From Eledone cirrhosa (Eukaryota), in contig OZ024741.1 in assembly GCA_964016885.1 (NCBI GenBank), positions 297,910,001 to 297,974,000 of the forward strand: DNA of 64,000 bases. Direction: 5' to 3'. The notes under the pieces were generated by a model. It was not told the origin of the DNA. It ran no database searches and saw only the letters and a program-made list of their open reading frames with translations. Position 1 is the stretch's first letter; each line of letters starts with the position of its first letter. Position numbers and translations under genes: made by a program. Of the stretch, positions 52,301 to 64,000 are shown one piece after another.

Positions 52301-53040
52301 TTAGGTCGCCTGCAATAATTATATAGTCACTGTCGGATATTTGGGAGGTAGTTAGCATCAGTGTCTCATAGAATCTGTCTTTTATAGTGCCGGGCAGTCC
52401 GGATTGGGGTGCGTACGCAGATATTACTGTCACCGTAGTTCTATTGAGGACAAGTCGTATTTTAATTATTCTGTCGTTCACTCTATTTACGTCTATTATC
52501 TTATCTGCCCACTTTTCTGCTACCATGATTCCTACTCCACCCAGCCCATCGTCGTTTCCCACCCAGAAAAGCTTATAACATCGTTTTTTACCCTCAATGA
52601 ATCTAGCAGACCCACCCCTCCACCTGGTCTCTTGAATACAACAAACATCGACCTCCTTACGTTCAAGCATTTCTACAACCTCGTTAGCACGACCCTTTAG
52701 GGTGCCTACATTTATGGTACCAACTCTGAAGTTTTGGATTGCGTTTGGAGGGTGGGGGGCGGGGGGAGATGGCGTTATGTTAGCCGTCCGCGGTCGAAAC
52801 AAAGAGGAGTGCTCGCATTCTCGTCCACGAGGTGAATTTGTCTTTAACTTTGGCATTTTCGCTGAGCGTCCAGATTTTTCTCTCTCTTCCACTCTCCAGG
52901 ATTCCGCAGTCCATCCATCCATCCATCATATATCGAAAGGCAACCGGGCAAACGATAGTATAGGCCTCTGGCTTATGATTGGTCCGCGTAATAACAATGG
53001 TGGTGTGTGGGAGCAGGTGGGAGGGGTGTTGGGTAGCTAG
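49316..53040 (-). mobile_element. Full-length RTE LINE (family A), antisense within a CFAP119 intron
   Basis: Single long ORF with a ~375-bp 3'UTR ending in (GAT)n. The 5' boundary is uncertain and may extend to 53656. Confidence 0.93.
49695..52922 (-). CDS. RTE ORF: AP endonuclease + reverse transcriptase + PHD-type zinc finger (1075 aa, uninterrupted)
   Basis: APE motifs GTINVGTL, CIQETRW, AYAPQ, GDLNGH, QVDYIL, SQHRL. RT motifs FVDLEKAFD, GVHQGSVLSP, LYADD. C4HC3 finger, then RTE C-terminus LRWYGHV..GRPRKTW. The true start may be the downstream MPKLK. Confidence 0.95.
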   Translation of the reverse strand: MDGWTAESWRVEEREKSGRSAKMPKLKTNSPRGRECEHSSLFRPRTANITPSPPAPHPPNAIQNFRVGTINVGTLKGRANEVVEMLERKEVDVCCIQETRWRGGSARFIEGKKRCYKLFWVGNDDGLGGVGIMVAEKWADKIIDVNRVNDRIIKIRLVLNRTTVTVISAYAPQSGLPGTIKDRFYETLMLTTSQISDSDYIIIAGDLNGHVGQHCDGYDEIHGGYGFGTRNEEGSRILEFCDANNLTICNTNFKKRDNHLITYRSGEHTSQVDYILTRRRDRVSVVNTKSLPHEECTSQHRLIISDLIVRMRRTRQQKRTILRRKIWKLKDPTARNKFQSILLDAFDSKEEHLESDNIEGQWEFLKANLLMATDEVCGWSRPVGRRRVTWWWNSKVEGSIKAKKQAWKVWRDGGSREDYQVARREDRRQVYLARREAEERKFKHVLQREDQKREVFRIARQCVKENRDIVGEKCVLNDDGILAITDADKKVAWKCHYERLLNEENKWEKDSLPHIDPIEGPAVLVEGSIISKAIKDMKTGKAAGPSEIVAEMLKASDTVGHTMVTRIVNLVVQNGVVPKDWHSSIIVNCYKGKGDALDRSNYRGIKLIDQVMKVTEKVIAQLIRERIDLDEMQFGFVSGKSTTDALFIVRQLQEKYLAKGKPLYLAFVDLEKAFDRVPRSIIWWALRKLGVDEWLVRAIQAMYKETVSKVRINNEYSEEFSVKVGVHQGSVLSPLLFIIALQAITEEFKTGCPWELLYADDLTLIAESMAELEKKFQTWKHGLESKGLKINLAKTKVLVCRKENKAAVPSGKWSCSVCRKGVGRNSILCPKCKVWVHKRCSGITGKLTKNIDFTCGWCSGAISSSKCPQNTSSFNCAEGSIEIVDTFRYLGDKISSGGGCSESTVARVRTGWKKFRELIPLLAAKGFSLKMKGRLYDACIRTAMLHGSETWALCAEDIRRLERNEACMLRWMCNSNIRERQSINELRKKLEIRGIRCCLLERRLRWYGHVMRMKVDSCITKCRAIKIDGSHGIGRPRKTWDELINSDLTHLHLSKTMSLDRDLWQYSVTEKTRLT

Positions 53041-53656
53041 CTGGAAGGTTAGGATTGTTTAACAAGCGATTAACAAAAAACAAAAATGCAAGATTTGTTC
53101 TGTTCAATACGACAAAAACTCCCGTATTTAACATAAATAACAAAAAAATACAGATTTGCTCTAGGAAAACGTTCGCTACATTTCGGATTTTGCAAGATTG
53201 GATGTTTGGACTAGGTACGAAATTGAAGCGTGGAGTAGATAGAAAAATGTGTACGTTACGATTACATGAGATACACCGTAGTAGGGACAGCAAATGAATT
53301 GGCGAAAGTGAGTAAACTTGAAGGGGAGTTTTTATCTTATATATATATATATGTAGCTAAGAGAGAGAGAGAGAGATGTAGGTATTGGGGTGGCTGACCG
53401 CAGGCCCTCGTGAAGTAGATGGAGGGGGTCTGGGTGTAGAAGCGGGATTTTTGACTTTTCGAAGTAGCATAATATATTTAAAGGAATTTATAAGCAGAAG
53501 GGAAGGATTTTGTTTTGTTTTGAGAATACGATAGAATTAAGGAATTAAAGGAATTAGCTGGAAGGTTAGGATTGTTTAACAAGCGATTAACAAAAAACAA
53601 AAATGCAAGATTTGTTCTGTTCAATACGACAAAAACTCCCGTATTTAACATAAATA
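53038..53656. repeat. 102-bp exact direct repeat upstream of the RTE ORF
   Basis: TAGCTGGAAGGTTAGGATTG..CGTATTTAACATAAATA occurs at 53038-53139 and 53555-53656. Confidence 0.95.
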
Positions 53657-53778
53657 CTGTTTATTAAGTACTGTTTATTATAATAAATTACCATATTTTG
53701 AGCTATTTTAACTCCTCCACGTATCTCTTTCCAGTTTTTATAATTGGTTTTGTAAAAAACGATATTTTTTTCATATAT

Positions 53779-53922
53779 ATATTGTTATACTTTGGAAGGG
53801 TTATGTTGCCAATAAAAACACACGCACACCTGTTGGTTTTCACTTCAATTTATTATAAATTTCCGGTTGGTTTGTGTGTGTGTTTTTATTGGCAACATGA
53901 CCCTCCCAAAGTAGAACAATAT
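53779..53922. mobile_element. Small MITE-like inverted repeat
   Basis: ATATTGTTATACTTTGGAAGGGTTATGTTGCCAATAAAAACACAC / GTGTGTTTTTATTGGCAACATGACCCTCCCAAAGTAGAACAATAT. Confidence 0.75.
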
Positions 53923-55115
53923 CTGTTTCAACACACGTTTTCAGATAAGAAATCTTGCAAAACAAATTCATCATCAACATCATTTAACATCTATTTTCCA
54001 TGCTAGCACGGGTGAGACAGGTTCTCCCATTTGAGGCAAGATCAGGCAAGTCAAATCAGGTGATTTTGTTTGGCTCATACAAAACTGTTTCTGGCTTGGT
54101 TTCTACAGTTGGATGCCCTTCCTAATGCAAACCACATTTACAGTATGTGCTAGGGGGTTTTTGTTGTGATGACCACTTTTCAGTGTGAATTGGGTGTTTT
54201 TTGTTGTGGTACCAACATAACCACTTTACAGTGTAGGCTGGGTGCTCATTGTTGTGACACTAAAACAACCACTTTACAGTGTGAGTTGGGTGCTTTTTGT
54301 TGTGGCACCAAAAGAACCACTTTACAGTGTGGACTGGGGACTGGAGCAGGAGTGTAAAGGTGTGGTAGAAGAGTGAATTGTTAGGGCATCAGAGGAGTAT
54401 GGAAATGGGAAGGTAGGATACATGTATGCTTCAACCTGTATGTATGGGAATATATATATATGAGAAAAACGAGGAAGTTTCATTTATATGTAAAAGATAT
54501 TTATTGTGTATCGACCTGTTACCAACACCAGTAATTCATTGAACCACCTACACTATTTATATATATATACATATATATGGTTGGGAAATCAGGGTGTTAT
54601 AGAGGGAGACAAAAACTGACACTTATAATAGATTCTAGTAGGTGTGAATTTCTGCAAGAGATTAAGCATAATTATTATTTACAAAGAAAAATTATATAGT
54701 TTTTATATCTAATTAGGATGCACAATGCACTCTAATGATATATGATTTAGGCAAAAGGCCAGAAATTTGTGGGGAATGGAACATTGATTATATGAACCTC
54801 AGTATTTTATTGGTACTTTATTTTAGTGACATCAGAAGAATGAAAGGAATAGTTGACCATGTCAGATTTTGAACTTAGAATGTAAAGTTCTGTAACTAAA
54901 TGCCACAAAGCATTTTGTATGAGTCTGACATGCCAATGATTCTGTAAATCTTCTTCCCTAAAGCAATGTAATGCTCAAGAGCTAAAATAATATGATCATG
55001 CCAAGTCTAAAATTTATATACATGTAAAAGCATTGCCAAAACTCATCAAATCTGGACCCTTTCATGCTAAATTGGCAACTTGTATTTAATATATATTATA
55101 TTTTATATTTTTCAG

Positions 55116-55186
55116 AAAGCCCCTTCGGAAACTTGGATGAAACCTTTTTATATTTCAAAGATTTGCTTTTATGTCACAGTGTCTAT
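55116..55186 (+). CDS. CFAP119: CFAP119/CCDC189-like exon (ESPFGNLDETFLYFKDLLLCHSVY)
   Basis: TTTTTCAG| ... |GTAAGT; 71 nt, phase 1-0. Resembles recalled TPLGNVEECYRYF..VLFCHGV. Confidence 0.88.
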
Positions 55187-55687
55187 GTAAGTTAAACTTC
55201 TTTTCAAGATATGTCAACCAGCTTATGAAACCTCTAATATTTTAAATTGTGTATGATACTCCATCTAATATGTTACTGTGACTTTGCATGCCACAGTAAG
55301 TTAAACTCCCCATAATATATGCCATAGTGTCTGTATAAGTTAAACCAACTGTAATATAAGCCGTGCTATGTAAGACAGTCCCTCTATGATATGTTATAGT
55401 GTCTGTGTAAGTTAAATGCCCTGTAATATAAGCCCCACTGCCTGTGACACTCCCTCTAACACATGATATACAATCTATGACACTCATCTAATACATATAT
55501 ACTATATTGACGAGTTGTAGTGCACCTGAGCACTTTACACAATAATTTCATTATTATTATTATATGCAGTTTATGACACTTCCTCTATTATATGTGTGTT
55601 ACAATGAAGCATTTATTAAAGGGAGTGTATATGTAAATTATACTCTCTTTAATGTGTGACATGTTGTTTATGATACATCCTCTAATA

Positions 55688-58308
55688 CAGTGGTTCTCAA
55701 CCTTTTTTGACCAACGGCACACCTTGGAACACATGAAAAAATAGCAGCACACCTAGCTAAATATATATGAAAAATATTTGAATTTTACAAAATAAAAACA
55801 TGGCTAGTCATAGACAGCATACAACCGTAGACACAGACTAGCCATAGACACATAGAATGACTCAAACTAAATAAAGAAAAACAGCTATGAACTTACTTTA
55901 TTGCAGTGTTTCGAATTTCATCAGTCAAATAGCTGGCTTCTTTAGTGAGAAATTTGTGCCTGGCTTTTATTCATAATTTCCCCAATGTTTTGTCGAATAT
56001 GAGACAGACACACCCTCATTTCTTCTTCCGTTGTACGTAATCTCTCATGCTTCTTGTTTTTGATGTTGTTTAATGTTGAGAAGCCTAATTCACATATATA
56101 AGAAGTTGAAAATTGTAATAAAATTGCTAAAGCTCTTTTACATAATATAAGATACTCCTCTTGAATTGAAATCCAAAATGAATCAATGGGCAGTCAAATG
56201 TTTTAATTTTAACCCCCGGTCACTAGAAAGGGTGGCCAATTCTTCTTCTTCCTGTAACTCAAGTTCAATGTTGGAAGAATGATTTATGAAATCTAATCCA
56301 ATCATACTTTTCTGTCTTTAATGACGGAAAGTAATTGTTGATGCTTTCGTCCAGGGCTGTCAGATGAGTAACCACAATAAGGATCATTTCTCTAATGCAG
56401 GTAGAATGCAATAAAGGGAACATATCAAGATTGCCAGTGGTTGCTCTTTTTTTCCAAATCGCAATTTTCTTTTTGGGGGCAACTAACTTGTCTGTTGAAG
56501 TGAGAATATTTTCGTTTTTACCTTGCATACTACTGTTTATTTTATTTATTTCACTAAATATTTCTGTTAGGTATTCCATTTTAGACATCCAAAATTCGCA
56601 ACTAAGGTATTCACAGAATTTCTCCTGCTTTTCCTGGAGAAAAAATGATAGTAATTCCTTGTGCAGTTCGTGAACTCGGTTTAGTACTTTGCCTTTCGAC
56701 AGCCAGCGAACCTCAGTGTGCATTAATAACTTAACATGCTGAGAGTCCTTCTTTGCACAGTTGTTCAAATAATCGTGACTTCAATGGCCTACTTTTTATA
56801 TAATTGACCATTCCAACAACTTGATGTAACACAACCTTTAAATCTTCCTGCGATATTTTTGAAACAAGAACTTCTCTATGTAGAAAGCAATGAGTACGAA
56901 TGAGATTTGGATTTTCTTTTTCTACGAAGGATACAAATCCTTTAATAGAGCCTGTCATACATGGGGCTCCATTGGTGAAAATGCCAACACAGGACCTCCA
57001 AGACAAATTCATTTCTCTGAGGTAGCATCTCTTGTAGTTTTGGCCATTTCTTTACAGCACAAAAATTGATTGATTATTTCATTCTCGTCAATAAAACGTA
57101 CAAATACAAGCAATTGACTTTTATTACTGATGCCATTGGATTCATCCACGGTTAAAGCAAAATTAGAATTCTTAAGCTTTTTCTGAACATTGTCTTCAAT
57201 ATTTTTTTATACATCTAGGATTCTTCTACGTATTGTATCATTTGAAAGCGGGATATTGTTCAATTCCTTCTCAGCCTTTTCACCATACAATGAATTTTAC
57301 CATCTTTTTGCAAACTGGGAGGATGACTAACTCAGCAAGCGTGTGGGATTTAGATTTTAATACTATTATTTCAGCCACCTGAATTGACGCTAGTTGGGCT
57401 CGTTCAGACACGGTCATTATTTTTTCAAAATAACTTCGCTGTTTTGATTTCTGCTCTAACAGTCTTTGAAAGTAATCAAGCTTTTTATCTTTCAGAGGTG
57501 AATGTTTTGATTAAAATGTCTTTCTAACTTACTTGGTACCATGGATTCATTTGACATTGTTTCACCGCACACTACGCATGATGGACTTGGTTTGTCAACG
57601 TCACCAGACCAATAAAATCCAAATTTCAAATAATTTTCACAATATTGTTGATTAATGTTTCTCTTTTTGACAATAGAGGTTGATGGTTATTCGCCTCTGG
57701 ATTAGACTCGTCACTGATATCTTTCCTTTTCAAATATTTATCCATTGTGAAGGGTCATGAAATATCATTTTGGGGTAGGATTGTCTATATTGAGATGACA
57801 GTGTCTTTCGTCCCACAATTCCTTCTCTTTCGTGTACAAACACAGCAAAACAATAAAAATATGTCTTCCTACCTAAAATTGATGTTTTATGAGACCATTT
57901 CTAGCTGGAAATCATCAATGTTCGATGTATTAAGCTAAAAAATAGTCAATGTTTGAGCACTGGCAACACATCTTAAATTCACCATTTTTGCTATGTTCCA
58001 CACTCCAGTAGACTGCTACAGACCTCTACTAGACCCTTATTAAGACAAGTATTGACCAATATCCATTCATGTGATCAATACTAATGACGAACGAAACAAT
58101 AAAAGATATAGAATTTTTTTAGCATTGCGACATTTGGATACATTTCTCTCATCCCTCAATGAACAAAGCTATGTGGTGCAACATGTTACACCACAGACTG
58201 TGAATACTCAATTGGGATCACGTGGTTTTTCACATTTTCTTAGTGTGCTCTTCAAAATTTCGCGGCACACTTAGGAAGATCTCGCAGCATACTGGTTGAA
58301 AATCACTG
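55688..58308 (-). mobile_element. hAT (Buster/Charlie, ZBED5/SCAND3-like) DNA transposon with disrupted transposase
   Basis: CAGTGGTTCTCAACC..GGTTGAAAATCACTG TIRs; 8-bp TSD CTCTAATA (55680-55687, 58309-58316). TNGAPCMTG, THCFLHRE, HTEVRWLSKG motifs. Confidence 0.95.
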
Positions 58309-58879
58309 CTCTAATATGTGTCACACTGCATATAGTGTTTCTTTAGTATATGTCACATAGTAAATGTAAGGTAAGGATAAGGATAAGATTCTTTAACTCC
58401 TGATTGTCATAGAGGCATTGTGATCAGGCATGATCTGCATTGGGCATTTTAAACCTGGTGAACCCCATCCTTCTTCAGGTCAGAACACAACCAATTCTTC
58501 AAGAGAGTTGTTAGAATGTCAGATAGAATACTTTGAAGTTTTTGTTTGATGGAATGCTTGGCACGTTGAGTTTAAATCCCACTGTGGTCATCTTTTTGAG
58601 ATTGATTAATATGTAAATTACATAAATATCACTATGGATAACACTTCTAATACATGTCATATTGTATATGATTCTCCCTCTAATATATCTCACTTAATCT
58701 ATAACATGAACTTTAATATATGTCATACTGTCTGTATAATTTACACTCCATCTAAAATACTTCATACTATTTATGTCACATTATATGTGTAAGATACATT
58801 CCCTCTAATATATGTTAGTGTCTGTAAAAGTTACACCAGCCTTGAGTGTATGTCACACTTTCTATGTGATGCACGCAGC

Positions 58880-59055
58880 ATTGGTAGAGGGTCGGATGCC
58901 ATGCTTTGCAGCACAGTTACGTCCCTTTATGGACTGAGTTCAAATCCTGCTGAGGTTAACTTTGCCTTTCATCCTTACAGAGTCGATAAAATAAAAGTAC
59001 CAGTAATGTACTGGGTAATCGCTGGCCTTGTGCCAAAAGTAGAAACAATTATTAG
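58880..59055 (+). mobile_element. SINE of the second family
   Basis: Homologous to 525-650. Reverse-strand decayed copies at ~54800-54900 and 59890-59990. Confidence 0.65.
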
Positions 59056-60594
59056 ATCTCATACTGTCTATGTCACATAGCATATTCCAGTTACACTTCC
59101 TCTAAGATATATATATAATTACACTGGCTATAACATTCATACAAATCATACTACTTAACATGTCACGCTGCTTATGACATTAATATCACATTTATACATA
59201 AATTACATAATACAATTGTACTTCTAAGATATGTTACAATATCTATATAAATTAAACTGTGACAGTCCCTCTTATTATCTACTACAATTTCTCTGTCTAT
59301 GACAGTCTCTCTCTAATAAATATCCATCCTTCCATGGGCTTTTAACACCTGATGGAGTCATAGGGACACTATAATGATATACAACATGTCTTGGACATTT
59401 AAACCTAACAAACACCATCCCTGTCCAGCTGATTATTTTCTAGAGGAGTAGAGATAGTGAGAGGAAGAACGAGGAAGTGAGAACATGATAAAGAGGAAGA
59501 ATCGACACCAGTATTAAACTGGTACTTTATTTATCGACCTCAAAAAGATGCTTCACATGATTCATTCCAGTTCCATTTAGCCTGAGTTCAAATATGTATC
59601 AAATTGGGGATATATATTTCACATTTATATATATGTTACAAATTTGTGTATATATAGCACATTTGTATATATGTTACACATTTGTAACTGCTTGTAAATG
59701 TGTACGTCTGCTAGTCTTATTTATAGTTTATGCATGCATAGTCCTGAACCTCCTAAAGGAGTCGTAGGAATGCAATATTGACATACAGCATTTCTATGGC
59801 ATTTTAAAATCTGTCAGGGCCCATCCCTCTAGAGGATAGATAGTGAGAGATTGGAAGTGAGAAAGAGCTATAGAAGAAGAATCAGCTGCAGTACTGGACT
59901 GGTACTTTTTTTATTGACCTCGAAAAGATGAAAAGCAAGGTTGACCTTGATGGGATTTGAACTGAGAGCAAAGAGCTGAAGTGAATACCGCAATGCATTC
60001 TATCTAACATTCTAACAACTCTGCCAATTCACCACCTACTCATATTTTGTATTGGCCTCCAAGCAAGTCATCAGGTATCTTTCTGTGCTTATAATTTAGT
60101 CAAAGTATTGGAAACATACCCATTTTCCCTATTGACTTAGTATTAATCCACTAGGTAAGATTAATGTTTAGATATATATACTGTAGTTCTGTTACTGTTT
60201 GGTTATGATGTTGATTAATTTATGTTGTTGGAAGTGGTGTTATTGTTTAACTCCAAGTAAGTCTTGATCCACAGACATAAAATCGAATGTATTCCAGTTA
60301 CATAGGCATAGTGCATCTATGCCTTGATTATCCAATATGTACTTCATTTTTTTAATCCGATATGGTGAGATTTTAGGGAAGATTTGACTTCATTTCTTTA
60401 TAGGATAAGTAATTCTGTAGAAAGACACCTTCCATCTTAAAAAAAAAACAGAAAGACACATTGGATAACACATTGGATCTTAACTGAATAATAAACAAAA
60501 TGGTCACAGTTGGTACATCTTTAGTCTAATGACTTCTCAAACAGATCTAACCTAAGTAAAACTAACAACTGACTATCACTTCTTGTATTTCTAG

Positions 60595-60711
60595 CGTCCA
60601 CCAACTGAAATCGAACTTTTTTCTGTAAAAGAAGTAAGGAAGATATCCTACCATGTGATTAACACATATTTTAGACACTTTAAACTCTACAAATATGCCT
60701 TCACTCCACAG
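60595..60711 (+). CDS. CFAP119: CFAP119/CCDC189-like exon (RPPTEIELFSVKEVRKISYHVINTYFRHFKLYKYAFTPQ); gene continues beyond the window
   Basis: TATTTCTAG| ... CAG|GTAACT; 117 nt. Carries the family signature RPP.SI.LF..NTYFRHFKLYKY.FTPQ. Confidence 0.93.
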
Positions 60712-61064
60712 GTAACTATACTTTAAATCTATATAAGTTCTCTTTACTTATTGATCTCTTTTTTGTCCTCCAAATATGTTCCCTACTATGGTGAATGCAG
60801 AAAGGATGAATGGTTAATAAGTTTGCTTCACAATCATTAGGTCCCAGGTTCAATCCTATTGCATACTATCCTGGATAAGTATCAGTTACCATACTTTTTG
60901 GAAGCTCATCATGGAGTATCTGTAACTCAAATGGATATACATATACACAAATTTTGGGAAATATATCTTTCGCAGTTCTCCAAAAATACTTTGCTCCATT
61001 GATCTCATTCCCGCTTTTCTCCAATCCTCTTCTCTCTCTCTCTCTATATATATATATATAAATG

Positions 61065-61213
61065 TTGTTGGTGTTAGGAAGGGCATCCAACTGTAGAAAA
61101 CCCGCCAGACAGTCCTATGCGAGCAAGACAACCACTCTTGCCTCAAGTGGGAAAACTCCCGTCCAAACCCATGCAAGCATGGAACACGGACGTTAAACGA
61201 TGATGATGATGAT
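61065..61213 (+). mobile_element. Short 3' end of RTE family A
   Basis: Reverse complement of 49320-49472. Confidence 0.85.
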
Positions 61214-61229
61214 GAGAGAGAGAGAGAGA

Positions 61230-61610
61230 GGCACATGGCTTAGTGGTTAGTGGAATCGAAAGGTTGTGAGTTCAATTCTCAGACCAGGTGATGTGTTGTA
61301 TCCTTGAGCAAGACAGTTTATTTCACATTGCTCCAGTTTACTCAGCTGTAGAAATGAGATGATAGGGACTGGGGTCCTTATCATTCCACTGCAAAGTGGC
61401 CGTGGAGGTGCCACAGCAAAAAAGCACCCAGCCCACACTGTAAAGTGGACGTGTAGGCACCACGGAAAAAAAAAGCACCCACCACTCACTGTAAATGAGG
61501 TTGGTGTTAGGAAGGACAACCAGCTGTAGAAATCAAGCCAGAATCAGTTCCCGTCCCTCCCTTGCAAGCAGGGAAAAACGGATGTAAAATGATGGTGGTG
61601 TGGTGGTGAT
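61230..61610 (+). mobile_element. tRNA/CORE SINE, tail type B
   Basis: GCACATGGCTTAGTGGTTAG head, CORE-like block, RTE-A UTR body, RTE-B tail. Confidence 0.85.
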
Positions 61611-61809
61611 ATATATCTGTGCTCCTCTCATTTTGTGCTTTAGATTCTCTTTCTTCCATTCTCTCCCTCACTCCATTCTTCCACTCAATATGGGGCTGTA
61701 TTTTAACACAACCTTTGGCTATACACATAGCATTCAGCTGTTCACAGTTACCCTGTGCTGAGATTCCTAGTTTTATGTAAAAAAAAAAAATATATATATA
61801 TATATATAT

Positions 61810-62440
61810 GGAAAGGAGTTGGTAGAAATTCCATTTTTTGTCCCAAATGCAAACTATGGGTACATGAGAGATGTAGTGGGATCACAGGCAAGCTATCTAA
61901 GAACGTAGATTTTATATGTGGCCGATACTCAGGTGCCCACAGGATACTAGCTCCTTCTACTGCCCAGATGGTTCTATAGAAATAGTGGACACTTTCCTTT
62001 ACCTGGGTGACAAAATCAGCAGTGGTGGAGGGTGTTCTGAAAGTACAGTAACCAGAGTTAGAACGGGATGGGAAAAGTTCAGAGAGTTTATACTGCTGGT
62101 GGCCACAAAAGGTTTCTCTCTAAAAATAAAAGGCAGATTGTATGATGCTTGTATACGAATGGCAGTGAGATATGGGCATTGTGTGCAGAAGACCTGCGCA
62201 GACTGGAAAGGAACGAAGCATGCATGTTCTGTTGGATGTGTAATAGTAATATACACGAACAGCTAAACATAAACGAACTAAGTGAGAAATTAGGAATAAG
62301 AGGGACCAGATGCTGTTTACTTGAGAGAAGACTATGTTGGTATGGCCACGTGATGCGCATGAAAGATGACAGCTGTATAAAAAATTGCATAGCGATCAAA
62401 ATTGATGGAAGTTACAGAGTAGGTAGACCCAGAAAACGAA
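61810..62440 (+). mobile_element. RTE family A fragment
   Basis: KGVGRNSIFCPKCKLWVHERCSG ... WYGHVMRM..GRPRK, with frameshifts. Confidence 0.9.
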
Positions 62441-62520
62441 CTCGCAAACACACACACACATACATTCTCATATACAAAATGTGGCGGCGGCGTCACGGTG
62501 ATGGTGGTGGTTTACTATAG

Positions 62521-63557
62521 ATGACTATAGAGGAGTTTAAGACTGGCTGTCCATGGGAACTTCTCTATGCTGACGATCTGGTTCTTATAGCAGAATCAGT
62601 AGAGGAGCTGGAGAATAAATTCTGGCTATGGAAACAGCAGTTGGAAGCAAGAAGACTGAGAGTGAATCTAGCTAAGACAAAAGTGTTGATGAGTAGAAAA
62701 GAGGACAAAACCCTGATTCCGTCAGGGAAATGGCCATGTTCGATATGCAGAAAAGGAACTGGCATAAATTCTATAAAATGCACACAATGCAGATCCTGGG
62801 TACACAAGAGATGTAGCGGGATAGCAGGCAAACTAACAGGTAGGGAGAAATAAGTATGCAGTAGATGTACAGGGAAATTAGACAGTAGAAGTCACATTGA
62901 TAGACACATTTTTCAAATGCAGGAGGGTGCTATAGAAGTGGTGGATAGCTTCCGGTACCTAGGAGATCAGATTAGCATGGGAGGAGGGTGTTCCGAGGCC
63001 ATAGTATCTAGAATAAGGACGGGTTGGAAGAAGTTTAGGGAGCTGCTTCCTCTGTTGACGAAGAAGGGTTTCTCCCTGCGTACGAAAGGCCGGTTGTATG
63101 ATGCCTGTGTGAGGAGCGCGATGCTGTATGGTAGTGAGACATGGACAGCAACTGCAGAGGATATGCGACGGCTGGAGAGAAATGAGGCAAGCATGCTCCG
63201 TTGGATGTGCAGTGTAAATGTGCGTGAACAACCCAGCATAAATGTGTTGAGAGAGAAACTGTGTCTGAAAGGGATAGAATGTAGTGTACGGGAGAAGAGA
63301 CTGAGGTAGTATGGACATGTGATGCGCATGGAAGATGACCGATGGGTGAAGAAGTGCCAGGAATTGCCAGTTAAAGGAAGACGTGGTAGAGGTAGACCAC
63401 GAAAAACATGTGCGGAGGTGGTGAGAACAGACCTCAGATCATTGAAGCTCACGGTGGAGATGACAAAGGACCGTGACGAGTGGAGAGATGCTGTGCTGAA
63501 TAAGACCCGTCCCACCCTTGCAAGCAGGGAAAAGCGGACGTAAAATGATGATGATTA
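62521..63557 (+). mobile_element. RTE family B, 5'-truncated, with stops and a very short 3'UTR
   Basis: WELLYADD..CSICRKG..CTQCRSWVHKRCSG..GRPRKT..DRDEWR. Clearly diverged from family A; ends in GGACGTAAAATGATGATG. Confidence 0.9.
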
Positions 63558-64000
63558 TGAATACTATAGAAAGATTATTTTAGATAAAATGTTATATTGT
63601 TTTAATCCAAATGAAAATAAAAATTGACACTCCCAGGGTCTAATACCTTGTAAAATTTTATTTGATTATTTGGTAGAGCCCTTTGAGAATGCATAGGAAC
63701 AGACAAAGAGACAAAGAATTTTATATATTTAGTTTTATATATATTTATATGGGCACATGGCCTAGTGATTAGCATGCTGGATTCATGACCATAAGGTCTT
63801 GGGTTTGATATCTAGACTGGGTGCTCCATTATGTTGTTGAGCAAAATACTTTACTTCACGTTGCTGCTTCTGCCAGTTGTGACTGGAACAGCTTGTAGAA
63901 ACATTGCTTCCTTGGTCTGATCTGATGATCAGCTTCTTTCATTTTACAATTTTACACATGCATATATATGTATATATAGCGTGGAAGAACAGACGTAAAA

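Noticed and set aside
49759-53040. Plus-strand ORFs overlapping the RTE
   Set aside because: Antisense shadows of the RTE coding frame with no independent motifs.

Overview
Repeat-dense, AT-rich animal DNA. The SINE, RTE and microsatellite content suggests a cephalopod (octopus-like), which is an inference. One host gene is recognisable although absent from the ORF track: six small phase-compatible plus-strand exons (38550-60711) encoding a CFAP119/CCDC189-like ciliary protein that continues past the window. The most striking structure is a ~34 kb block (3772-37881) bounded by Merlin-type GG-starting terminal inverted repeats and an exact 8-bp target-site duplication (CATTGTTA). It contains a decayed Merlin transposase, long hairpins, a 12 kb satellite related to a TIR-element end, Helitrons, LINEs, a Penelope-like element, and exon-like minus-strand cassettes that may be a cargo gene. 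Elsewhere are an intact 1075-aa RTE LINE with an internal PHD-type finger, two hAT elements with TSDs, MITEs, hammerhead ribozyme remnants, and a tRNA/CORE SINE whose 3' tail is swapped between two RTE partner families. All coordinates were read by eye; no alignments or database searches were run.
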